A DNA stretch of 64,000 nucleotides from Candidatus Thorarchaeota archaeon (lineage in GTDB: Archaea > Asgardarchaeota > Thorarchaeia > Thorarchaeales > Thorarchaeaceae). Where the stretch lies: the NCBI GenBank assembly GCA_029855935.1, contig JAGSHN010000025.1, positions 128,001 to 192,000 on the forward strand, given 5' to 3'. The position numbers were made by a program, and so were the translations under genes. Positions 42,987 to 52,380 of the stretch are shown in pieces (the first letter of the stretch is position 1; each line of letters opens with the position of its first letter). The notes under the pieces were generated by a model. It was not told the origin of the DNA, made no database searches, and was given only the letters and a program-made list of their open reading frames with translations.

Positions 42987-45900
42987 TTGAGCGTGATCGT
43001 GAGGTCAATCAGACTCAGGAACTTCATGCCCTTCGTGGACGAGACAGTCCCGCTCGACCGCGGACTGACAGTCATTGTGGGGAGGAACGGCGCTGGCAAG
43101 AGTGCGATACTGCACGGACTGAAGTTCTGCCTGGGCTCAAACCAGCGAGAGAAACGATTTGGTAGCTGGGAGGGCTTCATCAGATGGGGCGCGGAAGTTG
43201 CAGAAGTTGAAGTGACGGTTGAGCATCAGGGTGAGACGATCGTCTTCGCGCGCAGGATTGGCAAGAAGGGAGTCCCACTGGCCTACATTAACGGCCGAAG
43301 GGTCCGTGCATCGGAGCTGCGGCGCGAGGTCGAGCGCCTCGGTTTCAAGGTTGACAACCCTCTTGTCTTCCTCCCACAGGAACGTGTCATTCAGCTGAGC
43401 AGTGCATCAGCAACCGACATCAGAGAGATGGTCGAGGATGGTACGGGACTCTACAGACTGAGGGACCGGATCCTCCTTCAGGAGACAGAACTGCGTCACG
43501 ACAGGATGAGATTGGAGGCCGCGCTTCTGGAGGCCCGCTCCATTCAGGGAGAATTGAAGCTTCTCGAGGGCGACCTCAAGCGCCTGAAGAAGAAGCAGGA
43601 TCTGCAGAGGACCAGAGAGAGCCTTGAGATCGAGTTGAAGTGGGCCGAACTCGAACTTGTGGAGAGGAACATCGAGAGAATCGACCAGGAGATTCAGGAA
43701 GAGGAGGTCAGCCTAAGACAGGCCAGTGCAAAAGTCGAGGAGATTGAGAACAAGATAGAGAGTGAGACCCAGACGGCCAAGGCGATCGAGTCGCAGACGC
43801 AGCTAATAAGGACCGAACTCGGCCGACTGAGAGAGCGGCTGGATTCGGAACGAGACCGGTTGAAAAACCTGAAGGAGAGCAACAAGCAGGCTGTGATAGA
43901 GCTCGGGGAGATTGACAAGCGCATCAAGAGAGACAGAATGGAGATGATGGCGCTACAGAGTGACATCGAGGCGAAGAAGAAGGAGATATGGAACACCACG
44001 GAGGAACTCGAGGAACTCAGGGAGAAGGAACAGGCGGCGAGAGAGGAACAGGAGAGACTTGAGGAGGCGCTAACACGCTACGTCGAGTGGAACACGCGTA
44101 GGATGGACATTCGGAGTAGACTGACAGCCGCACGAGGTCGGCTGAAGGACAGAGAGATAGATCTGAGAGCCTATCGCCAGAGGCTTCAGACAGACAGAGC
44201 CGATCTTGAGGAGATTGAGAGACAGTGGAGTGATCTGTGGGAGACGCTCGAGACCACAAGCGAAGAGGAACTACTATCTCAAAGGACCGAGACCAACAAT
44301 AGGATTGAAGAGCTGGCACAGAGGAGGGTGGCACATCTCAGCCGTATCGCTGAGCTGAAGAGGGAACTCGCGTTCACTGAAGAGTTGATAGCAGAGAGGT
44401 CAAAACGGATACCGAAGACTGTTCGTGCCCTCAGGTCTGAGGTAGAGAAGCACGGACTAGAGGCCATCGGTCCTCTCGTAGAGGTCGTGGGCGAGAACGA
44501 GGAGATGGCGGGCGCACTGGAGGCTGTACTGCGTGACCAGCTGGCCTTCGCATTCATAACGACAGACGCTGCGGACTTCCAGCTACTCTGTAGAATACGG
44601 GACGAACTTGAGGCGCCTGCACCAGTATTCCTAGTCGAAGATTCAACAGACGAGCGTGCCAAGGGGGCCCCCGAGATAGGAGGGAGGGAGGGGGTCCTTG
44701 GTGATCTGTGGCGGATGGCCGGGGTGACAGAGGAGCTTGCCCGCCTGCTGCGCAGGAGCATCGGATCGTTCTTGGTAGTCTCTGACGCAGGAGATGCAAT
44801 GCGCATCGCCCGCACAGCAAGGGTAGCCACCGTCACACCTCAAGGCCACGTCTTCATCGTTGGGAATGGTTTCGTCTTGAGCAGGCCCCAGAGTGGGCAG
44901 GCTGGACTCCTCTCGACAGCGCCTCTTCGAGCCAAGAGAGAGGTGCTGAGAAAGCAACTCATCGAAAGCGAACAACAGCTCGCGGAAACAGTCAGAGAGA
45001 TTGCGAATCTGGAGCGACTGCGCGACGAGCTGACCCAGCTTCTCGAGCGCTACGCGGAAAAGGACAGGATATGGGCCAGACGGAGCGAACTCGCAGAGGA
45101 TATCGAGCGGACCGAGGAGGCCATCCGCAAGATCGAGGAGGAGATTCTCCCTCTGAGGGAGGAGATTGAAGAACTCGTGTCCGAGCTGAGGAAGATGGAT
45201 AGCAAGCAGCCTCCTGAGAGGAGCCGGATTCAGGGCCAGCTCGTTGCCGTGCGTCAGCAGATCGCCAAGCTCGCCTCCGACATCTCCGCACGCAGGGGCC
45301 AGGTGGAGCGTGCAAGAGCTATCTTGAGGGCAGATCAGGACAAGGTCGGTACACTGGAAGAGAGCATTGCTGCACTGCAGCAGCATCGTGATGAGCTGAA
45401 GGAGATTCTCAGGCTGGCTGCCGAACAGTCCGACGAGATACTTGAGAACATAGAGGGCCTTGAGAGACGTATAGAGGAACTCTCTTCGAAGGAGGAGTCC
45501 CTGTCGCAGGAGCTGAGCGAACACCAGACAAAGCTGTACGCTCTGAACAGGGAGCTCGCGGAACACAACGTCCGTAGTCAGGACCTCATCAGAGAGGTGC
45601 GGCGCAAACGGCTACAACTGGGAAATCTTGAGACTCGCAGGAAGGAGATACAGAGTCAGGTCGCCTCAATCGCACGACCAGCCCGGGTGAGACCCCTTGC
45701 AGATGTCACCCGCGAGCTGGAGAGCGTGACCTCGCGGTTGGACGAGTACAGGGATGTGGATGATGACCTTCTTCGCGTCAGGTCCGAGCTTGCCCAGCGA
45801 CTGGCGGAGGTCGAGGCCAAGGCCGACCAGATACGTGACGAGATGTCAGAGGCTGAGAGCACGCTGGAGGACATCAAGGCGCAGTACTACAGTGAGATGG

Positions 45901-46424
45901 CAAAGGTGCTGGAGCGTCTCGGCAGAGACATCAACACTATTCTGAGGACTGTCGAGCTGGAAGGGGAGGTACGTCTGGAGATGGTCAAACAGGACGAGGA
46001 GTACGGGGTCGAGTTCCTGACGAGAATCAAGGATGGTACGTTCAAGGGCGTGAGACCGGGATCCGGCGGAGAGCGCACCCTGATAACAATTGCACTGATC
46101 ATCGCGCTACAGCAGCTGAATCCAGCCCCGATATACTTCCTCGATGAGGCGGACATGGCATTGGATGCTGTCTATGCGGACCGCGTCGGCCGACTGTTCA
46201 AGGCGGCTGCGGCCGACAAGCAGATTGTCATTCTGACACCGCTCCGGAGCGTCAAACTTCTCAAGCACGCAGACACTCTTCTGGGAGTTGCAACACCTGA
46301 CGGTCGCACCCCAGTCATCATAGAGGCCCCAGAGGAGGACAAGAACGAAGAACAGAACGAGAGGAAAGAGGGAGATGCCAAGAGGGAGGGAGGCGACGAT
46401 GACGATGGGAGGCAAGAGGAATGA
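42987..46424 (+). CDS. smc: SMC-family ATPase, SMC5/6-like
   Basis: LRNFM, Walker A GRNGAGKS, Q-loop VDNPLVFLPQERV, two long coiled coils around a hinge (IGPL...FAFITTD), GSGGER, YFLDEADMALD. Confidence 0.9.
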   Translation: MSVIVRSIRLRNFMPFVDETVPLDRGLTVIVGRNGAGKSAILHGLKFCLGSNQREKRFGSWEGFIRWGAEVAEVEVTVEHQGETIVFARRIGKKGVPLAYINGRRVRASELRREVERLGFKVDNPLVFLPQERVIQLSSASATDIREMVEDGTGLYRLRDRILLQETELRHDRMRLEAALLEARSIQGELKLLEGDLKRLKKKQDLQRTRESLEIELKWAELELVERNIERIDQEIQEEEVSLRQASAKVEEIENKIESETQTAKAIESQTQLIRTELGRLRERLDSERDRLKNLKESNKQAVIELGEIDKRIKRDRMEMMALQSDIEAKKKEIWNTTEELEELREKEQAAREEQERLEEALTRYVEWNTRRMDIRSRLTAARGRLKDREIDLRAYRQRLQTDRADLEEIERQWSDLWETLETTSEEELLSQRTETNNRIEELAQRRVAHLSRIAELKRELAFTEELIAERSKRIPKTVRALRSEVEKHGLEAIGPLVEVVGENEEMAGALEAVLRDQLAFAFITTDAADFQLLCRIRDELEAPAPVFLVEDSTDERAKGAPEIGGREGVLGDLWRMAGVTEELARLLRRSIGSFLVVSDAGDAMRIARTARVATVTPQGHVFIVGNGFVLSRPQSGQAGLLSTAPLRAKREVLRKQLIESEQQLAETVREIANLERLRDELTQLLERYAEKDRIWARRSELAEDIERTEEAIRKIEEEILPLREEIEELVSELRKMDSKQPPERSRIQGQLVAVRQQIAKLASDISARRGQVERARAILRADQDKVGTLEESIAALQQHRDELKEILRLAAEQSDEILENIEGLERRIEELSSKEESLSQELSEHQTKLYALNRELAEHNVRSQDLIREVRRKRLQLGNLETRRKEIQSQVASIARPARVRPLADVTRELESVTSRLDEYRDVDDDLLRVRSELAQRLAEVEAKADQIRDEMSEAESTLEDIKAQYYSEMAKVLERLGRDINTILRTVELEGEVRLEMVKQDEEYGVEFLTRIKDGTFKGVRPGSGGERTLITIALIIALQQLNPAPIYFLDEADMALDAVYADRVGRLFKAAAADKQIVILTPLRSVKLLKHADTLLGVATPDGRTPVIIEAPEEDKNEEQNERKEGDAKREGGDDDDGRQEE

Positions 46425-47137
46425 TCAGGGACGCACTCAGGAGTAGGGTGAGACGCCTTGCCCGGAGTGTCGAGTCCGGAGAGGTCGACCCCCTCGAAGT
46501 TGAACTCGCGAGATTGTACAGAGAGCTGCAGGAACTCTCGCAACAACTCCCAGTGAAGATGGAGATCGATGAGGCACTGAACGAACTCCTCAGTGCAAAG
46601 GTGGGTCGGGTGCAGGAACTGGCACGCGCCGTGGTGGACCCAGAACTGCTGGTAGACCGTGTGGCACACATGTCAGCCAGAGAGCTTGCCCGCCTCTTGA
46701 GGCTGAAGCGACCTCTGTTGGTCCCGGGGCTGTCGCATCAGCATATGCATCAGGCAGCGGAACGACTCAGACTTAGAGAACCGAGGAGGCAGTGGGACTT
46801 TGGGCGGGTCGAGCCAGTCGAACGGCCGACAAGGATGGACCTGAGGCTTGAGCCGGAGATCACGGAGGAGGAGGTTGAAGAGTTCCTCACCTCAGTCCCA
46901 GTGGGAGAGCCACTACGACTGAGTGACCTCCTGCGGAGCGAGGACGTGGAGGAGTTCCTGCGTAGGTTCCTGATGGTGGTTCTTCTTGTGGCCAGCGGCG
47001 ACCTTCAGTACGACGCGACCGCCAGAACCCTGACCCGAGTAGAGAGGAGTCCGGACAGTACTTCTTCGCGTGAGCAACAACAGGTCGCTGGCCAGCCAGC
47101 GGACCGAGGGAGGAGATGGAGGAGGCGGTCCCGATGA
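46421..47137 (+). CDS. Kleisin (ScpA/Nse4-like) subunit
   Basis: ATGA overlap with smc; N-terminal GEVDPLEVEL (cf. ScpA DPWDIDI); C-terminal winged helix RRFLMVVLLVASGDL. Confidence 0.7.
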   Translation: MIRDALRSRVRRLARSVESGEVDPLEVELARLYRELQELSQQLPVKMEIDEALNELLSAKVGRVQELARAVVDPELLVDRVAHMSARELARLLRLKRPLLVPGLSHQHMHQAAERLRLREPRRQWDFGRVEPVERPTRMDLRLEPEITEEEVEEFLTSVPVGEPLRLSDLLRSEDVEEFLRRFLMVVLLVASGDLQYDATARTLTRVERSPDSTSSREQQQVAGQPADRGRRWRRRSR

Positions 47138-47655
47138 ACAACGAGTTCTCTGTCTTGATGAGCGCACTGACGAGGCCCGGAAACCCCCCGGGGGCAAATA
47201 TCTCAGACCTGATCGAGGTGCTTGGCTATCCAGTCGACCCGGGACGGACAATCGTATTCAGGCTGCTCGCCGGGCTGGATCGCATCCTGCATCAGGTGGG
47301 CCTGAGGATAGCGTTCAATCCGGTCGAAGATGTCTTCTTCATCGATGTCACTGCAAGGGGCAAGGAGGACAGGACAAGACTCCCCGACCGCCTTGCGGCT
47401 ACACTGCTTGCCGTGATAGCACTGTCCTATCGGGAGCGCGACTGGGTCCAGGTGAGCCAAGTCAGACGCGTCCGCAGAAAGACGATGAGATCGGTCCGTG
47501 CGGACCTCCGTGAACTCCAGGTCCTCGGGTACGTAGAGTTCAGTGACGACGGGACCCGCGTCAGACCGGGTATTCGTGTGTCCTTCGAGGTCGACCACGA
47601 TGAGTTCTTCCGTGCGCTGAGCAAGGGAAAGTACGGCGCGAGCAGTGACGAATAG
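47134..47655 (+). CDS. KITE (tandem winged-helix; ScpB/Nse1/Nse3-like) subunit
   Basis: ATGA overlap with the kleisin gene; two WH-like units (LDRILHQVGLRI; LRELQVLGYVE...RPGIR). Confidence 0.65.
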   Translation: MNNEFSVLMSALTRPGNPPGANISDLIEVLGYPVDPGRTIVFRLLAGLDRILHQVGLRIAFNPVEDVFFIDVTARGKEDRTRLPDRLAATLLAVIALSYRERDWVQVSQVRRVRRKTMRSVRADLRELQVLGYVEFSDDGTRVRPGIRVSFEVDHDEFFRALSKGKYGASSDE

Positions 47656-47733
47656 GTCCCCAGGACGACAAGGAGAACAACTGTTTCAATATGTTTATCT
47701 TGTGTGGGAGGGCGGGATGCACGGTCCTGAATC

Positions 47734-48093
47734 ATGTCGCACAGGAAAGCATTGAGATTCGCAAAGACTGTCTGTCCCATCTGCGGTAGCAAAGAGGTTG
47801 CCCGTGATGACCTGAAGGGCGACCTTCTGTGCACGAACTGTGGCCACATAATCACAAGACATGAGACCCGGGCCGTTGGAAAGTTCGAGATCGCGCAGCA
47901 TCTGAAACGCGAGGGCAAGCTCACGTTCGAGCAGCTCAAAGAGATCACAAAGTCATCGGACGACCGACTGTTTGGCGTGCTGCAGAGCATGCTCAGCATG
48001 GGGCTCATTGACGAACTGGGTGGCAAGTATCACCTGACCAAGCGTGGTCAGCGCTGGTACCGCCAGAGACTGGGACAAGAATGGGGATATTGA
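47734..48093 (+). CDS. TFIIB-type Zn-ribbon fused to a winged-helix domain
   Basis: CPICGSKEVARDDLKGDLLCTNCGHII; C-terminal MLSMGLIDELGGKYHLTKRG. Confidence 0.75.
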   Translation: MSHRKALRFAKTVCPICGSKEVARDDLKGDLLCTNCGHIITRHETRAVGKFEIAQHLKREGKLTFEQLKEITKSSDDRLFGVLQSMLSMGLIDELGGKYHLTKRGQRWYRQRLGQEWGY

Positions 48094-48298
48094 GATCACG
48101 GCGGTGACCTGCTGCCTGCTCACCGGGCAGAGGACACTCCCTCTGACAAGATGGCGGCGTGGCTCTACCGTCACACACACTCCCACGGTGTTCTGACCGC
48201 CAATCGTTTTGCGGCGAACCTCGTCCAAGACTGAGCACGGCTGCCGAATTTCTGCAGTAAGCCCAATGTTTATTTGAAAAATCGCCGGAATGAGTGTG

Positions 48299-48396
48299 CG
48301 GTCCGAGTAAGAATACACATCTCCTCATGGAGAACAATCTCCCCCCACCCCTCCTAACCACGCGAATACAACCTACTTCTTTTCTCACTCGGACCG
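48299..48396. repeat. 15-bp imperfect inverted repeat in intergenic DNA
   Basis: CGGTCCGAGTAAGAA (48299-48313) vs TTCTCACTCGGACCG (48382-48396), 14/15 complementary. Confidence 0.75.
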
Positions 48397-48450
48397 TAAC
48401 CCTCTCTCGCTCTGCCACTACAAGGCCATTCATATTGAGCCGACAAGAGG

Positions 48451-48882
48451 ATGGCTCTTGTTCCGGAGGACAACATTTTGAGCACGAGCAGCAAGGAACC
48501 CGGACGCATAGAATGGGAGAAAGATGTCGTCAGCGATATGATCAACCTGTACTGCAGAAAGAGACACAATACCCCCAAGGGTGAGCTCTGCAGGGAATGC
48601 GCCGACCTCCTCTCGTACTCCCTAGAACGACTTGACCGATGCAGATACGGTGAGGAGAAACCAACGTGCAAGAACTGTCCTACTCACTGCTACCGTCCGG
48701 TGGAGCGCGAGAGAATCAGGGCAGTGATGAGATTCAGTGGTCTGCGGTTGTTCCTCAGGGCTCCGGTAAAATGGATGGTCCACGCTTTTCACGATAGAGT
48801 AAGACTGAGAGCAATCGAACAGAGAAAAATAGAGGGAGAGGCGGGTGGCCAAGAGGACCACCCATCCTCTGGGTCTAGCTGA
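48451..48882 (+). CDS. YgbA family (nitrous-oxide-stimulated promoter) Cys-rich protein
   Basis: MINLYCRKRH, LCREC, RLDRC.YGEEKPTCKNCPTHCY, VMRFSG. Confidence 0.85.
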   Translation: MALVPEDNILSTSSKEPGRIEWEKDVVSDMINLYCRKRHNTPKGELCRECADLLSYSLERLDRCRYGEEKPTCKNCPTHCYRPVERERIRAVMRFSGLRLFLRAPVKWMVHAFHDRVRLRAIEQRKIEGEAGGQEDHPSSGSS

Positions 48883-51208
48883 CCGTGACCTGTGCTACCT
48901 CTTCTTCAACTGGCGCAGTGAAGTCCGCAGGTTTGCGGCTCTTGGCAATCGCCCACGCCGTCACCAGCATCAGGACCAGCGCCGCGCCGAGGAGAGCAAT
49001 GTCAGTCTGCAGACTCTGCCCGAACTGGTACTGTACCAGCACGGGTGCAGCTATGAGCGAGATCAGGTTGATGACCTTGATCATCGGGTTCAGAGCAGGT
49101 CCAGCAGTGTCCTTCAGCGGGTCGCCGACAGTATCACCGACAACACTTGACTTGTGACGCTCAGAGCCCTTGCCAGTGTTAGCGGCAGGATTGCTCTCTT
49201 CGTCCTCAATGGACTTCTTAGCATTGTCCCAAGCCCCACCAGTGTTGGCCATAAAGACAGCAAGAAGTTGGCCAGACAGAATCGCTCCCGCGAGGAAGCC
49301 TCCAAGAGCCTCCACGTTGAGCAGAATACCGACCACAAGCGGGATGGATATCGTCATCACGGCCAGGCTGACAAGCTCCTTCTGTGCGGCGGCAGTGGAG
49401 ATTCCGACCGCACGTCCATAGTCGGGCTTTGTCGTGCCCTCAAGCACACCAGGAATTCTGAACTGGCGTCTGACCTCCTGGACCATCTGACCCGCAGCAC
49501 GTGACACAGCTTTGATGTTCAGCGCTGCGAACAGCCACGGAACAGCGCCACCGACAAGCAGGCCAGTGAACACGAGTGGCTCATTGAGCCTGAGAAAAGC
49601 GTACCCGGTGATGTTGACGAGATTCGTGTCCACAGTGTAGCTGTAGAAGAGGCTCACCGCAGCAATCACAGCCGAGGCAATCGCGACACCCTTAGTGATA
49701 GCCTTGGTGGTGTTGCCAACAGCATCGAGGTCGGCCATTATCTGCCGGGCTTCCTTGTCAAAGTCGCCTGGAGAGAGTTCACCGATGCCATTTGCGTTGT
49801 CGCTGATGGGACCGTAGGAGTCCATCGCGACATTGTTGCCAGTGTGAGAGAGCATTCCAATACCGACCAGCGAGATGGCATAGAGGACGTACAGAGCGCC
49901 ATCAGCAGCATAGAGTGCTGTTGCTATGACAAAGCTGGTCACGATTGCCATCAGGGCGGCCACCGTGGACTCGTACCCAGAGGCCAAGCCCTGAAGGATG
50001 ACTGTGGCCGTGCCAGTGTCGGATGCCTTGACAATCTCCTGCACTGGAGCCTTGTACGGAGAGGTGAAGTAGCTCGTTATCGGGTTGAACGACACAGCGA
50101 GCATCACACCTGTCGCAATCAGAGCTCCGAGCCGCCAGTCACCAGCATACACCATACTGATGACGAAGGCGGACAGGATTGTGATTGCACTCGATACCTC
50201 GTACGACATGAACATTGCGTGCTCAGCGTCGTCCGTCTTCCAGACCGCGACCATGAAGGTCCCGACCATCGAGGAGATCACACCAATGGCACGAATCACC
50301 AGCGGGAAGACAATCCAGAACATCGGGGCGCCGCCAGCGAGTCCGCCCATAGCGTGGTAGATGGCCAGACCCAGAATCAGAGAGGAAACAATAGTTACCT
50401 CGTAACTCTCGAATATGTCGGCGGCCATTCCGGCACAGTCGCCAACGTTGTCTCCGACGAGATCCGCTATGACGGCCGCGTTTCGGGGGTCGTCCTCTGG
50501 GAGGCCCTGCTCGACCTTACCGACAAGGTCGGCACCCACATCAGCAGCCTTTGTGTAGATGCCTCCGCCGACTCTCATGAACAGAGCGAGGAGCGTGCCA
50601 CCGAGGCCGAAGCCCAGGAGCGCATCAGGCGCTGCAAGGCCAAAGAAGATGAAGATGGACGTACCACCTAGAAGGCCAAGACCATCAGTGAGCATACCGG
50701 TGAAGGTGCCACCATGATACGCAATCTCAAGGGCATGATTGAACCGGTTCTCACCCTCGCGAGTCGCCTGAGCCACCCTCACGCTGGACTCAACCGCAAT
50801 CCTCATTCCAAGCTGGCCGACAATGAGCGAGAAACTCGCGCCGAGGATGAATGCGCATGTGCGGCCCACGGCGACAATGAATCGCACATAGTCCGGGTTG
50901 TTGCCAAAGACCTCGATTGCCTCCGGAGTCGGCTGGACTATGTAGACGCTCAGAAAGAGAAAGGCGGTGAGTACAACAAGCGTGGGGACGATTGACCTGA
51001 GTTGCTTGTTCAGATATGAGAGAGCACCTTCCTTGATGGCACCCCACACAGCCTGCATCTGCTCTGTGCCCTTGGGCTTTGCCTTGACGCCCTGCCAAAG
51101 CCAGTGTGCGTACACAAGGGAGATTATCGCTGCAACGATGACGAAGAGTAGCATTCCCTGTTCCAGCAGTGTGAAGTGATGAAGGAACGTGTCGAATAGT
51201 CCTTGCAT
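48875..51208 (-). CDS. hppA: Membrane-bound ion-translocating pyrophosphatase (K+-independent signature)
   Basis: GGIYTKAADVGADLVGKVE, DNVGD, DSYGPISDNA, GNTTKA, GGAWDNAKK, GDTVGDPLKD. Confidence 0.95.
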   Translation of the reverse strand: MQGLFDTFLHHFTLLEQGMLLFVIVAAIISLVYAHWLWQGVKAKPKGTEQMQAVWGAIKEGALSYLNKQLRSIVPTLVVLTAFLFLSVYIVQPTPEAIEVFGNNPDYVRFIVAVGRTCAFILGASFSLIVGQLGMRIAVESSVRVAQATREGENRFNHALEIAYHGGTFTGMLTDGLGLLGGTSIFIFFGLAAPDALLGFGLGGTLLALFMRVGGGIYTKAADVGADLVGKVEQGLPEDDPRNAAVIADLVGDNVGDCAGMAADIFESYEVTIVSSLILGLAIYHAMGGLAGGAPMFWIVFPLVIRAIGVISSMVGTFMVAVWKTDDAEHAMFMSYEVSSAITILSAFVISMVYAGDWRLGALIATGVMLAVSFNPITSYFTSPYKAPVQEIVKASDTGTATVILQGLASGYESTVAALMAIVTSFVIATALYAADGALYVLYAISLVGIGMLSHTGNNVAMDSYGPISDNANGIGELSPGDFDKEARQIMADLDAVGNTTKAITKGVAIASAVIAAVSLFYSYTVDTNLVNITGYAFLRLNEPLVFTGLLVGGAVPWLFAALNIKAVSRAAGQMVQEVRRQFRIPGVLEGTTKPDYGRAVGISTAAAQKELVSLAVMTISIPLVVGILLNVEALGGFLAGAILSGQLLAVFMANTGGAWDNAKKSIEDEESNPAANTGKGSERHKSSVVGDTVGDPLKDTAGPALNPMIKVINLISLIAAPVLVQYQFGQSLQTDIALLGAALVLMLVTAWAIAKSRKPADFTAPVEEEVAQVTVS

Positions 51209-51490
51209 GTTGATATCACCACATCTGGGGGTCAGGGCCGTGAAACCTACTCCATGCTCTTGTTTCAGGTCCTGAATTCCCCTTTGCACTGTGCTGTCCC
51301 GCAAAGACAAGGCCCTTTAAGCATTGCCTAGACAGCCATCAAGCAACGGGATACGCAATGGGTGCTGGTTGTGAACAGACTGCAGGACTCCCGCCCAGAG
51401 CGACAATGACAGACTACGGTCCTGCACCCCGGCCCGCGAATCTATTGTGCCACTGCGACCTAGAGGAGCCCAGGACGTGAGAAGGAAAGA

Positions 51491-51567
51491 TGGTGGACCG
51501 GGCGAGATTTGAACTCGCGACCTTCTGGATGCAAACCAGACGATCTACCGGGCTAATCTACCGGCCC
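51491..51567 (-). tRNA. tRNA-Ala(TGC), intron-less, CCA encoded
   Basis: GGGCCGG...CCGGTCC-A-CCA acceptor with G3:U70; anticodon arm TCTGG-TTTGCAT-CCAGA; T-loop GTTCAAATC. Confidence 0.96.
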
Positions 51568-51595
51568 ACGTATTGAGACTGTCTGAGGGGGCGTT

Positions 51596-52201
51596 TTAAC
51601 CCTTGCGCTCTCGATACTCCCTTCTGGCCATATCGATCCACGCGGGCGCACCCTTCAACATAGATGCCTCCTCGGATGTGAGTTCCTCATATTTGACCAG
51701 CGTCATGTCGTCTGGAAGGATGCCACTCACTCCAGCGGGGTCCTCAATAACTAGGGTGAACTCAAGCTGACCATCGATTGCCCGGTCAATCATAGCGAGA
51801 ACCTCCGCCCCCCGTGCCTTCTGCTCAGGCCGCTGTGCGAAGTTGATTGCGGTCTGAACAACTGGTCGCACTCGTTGCAACACGCCCTCGACATTGGAGA
51901 TGAACGAGTCGGCCGCGGGGCCCGGCTCGACGTCGATACCAAACTCCAGCAACCTGATAGTCCCGGAGCTAGACCGTATCACGCGTACTCGGAGCATCGA
52001 TGGATCTTTGACGCGCAGCGTCCACCGGCTAGGCTGATGCTGCTCTGTTGAGAAGATGTCATTGTGCCGGAAGCTACAGGAGGGGCACCGCATCGTGAAC
52101 ATTGCTATCTCATTGAAGAAGGGGACAGTGTAGAGAATCGATTTCACCTCAAGGTCGGCCTTGCCACATATCGGGCATCGTATCTTCATCTCATCACTCA
52201 C
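51596..52201 (-). CDS. ZPR1 zinc-finger protein (single-domain archaeal type)
   Basis: CPICG...VPFFNE...CPSC, VIRSSSG, PGP, SNVEG, IEDPAG. Confidence 0.9.
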   Translation of the reverse strand: MSDEMKIRCPICGKADLEVKSILYTVPFFNEIAMFTMRCPSCSFRHNDIFSTEQHQPSRWTLRVKDPSMLRVRVIRSSSGTIRLLEFGIDVEPGPAADSFISNVEGVLQRVRPVVQTAINFAQRPEQKARGAEVLAMIDRAIDGQLEFTLVIEDPAGVSGILPDDMTLVKYEELTSEEASMLKGAPAWIDMARREYRERKG

Positions 52202-52380
52202 GTCATACTCCTCCAGTCACGGTTCATGCTCTCGACGCGCCCGACGGGACCTCTGCGTCATCGTTCTCTCGCTGATATGGCTCAATGTATCACATCCAAG
52301 CAGTACATCCGTGTAACACTCAAAAGGAATTCGACAGAGGATACTTGTGGTCAATAGCTGCGGCACTGGAGGCCCGCCTG

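Noticed and set aside
42987-47655. Wadjet (JetABCD) or Rad50/Mre11 assignment
   Set aside because: No JetD/Toprim nuclease, and the gene order differs. There is no CxxC zinc hook or Mre11 neighbour, and a globular hinge is present.
51300-51600. Integrated element at tRNA-Ala
   Set aside because: No integrase nearby, no duplicated tRNA 3' end noticed, and both flanks are housekeeping genes.
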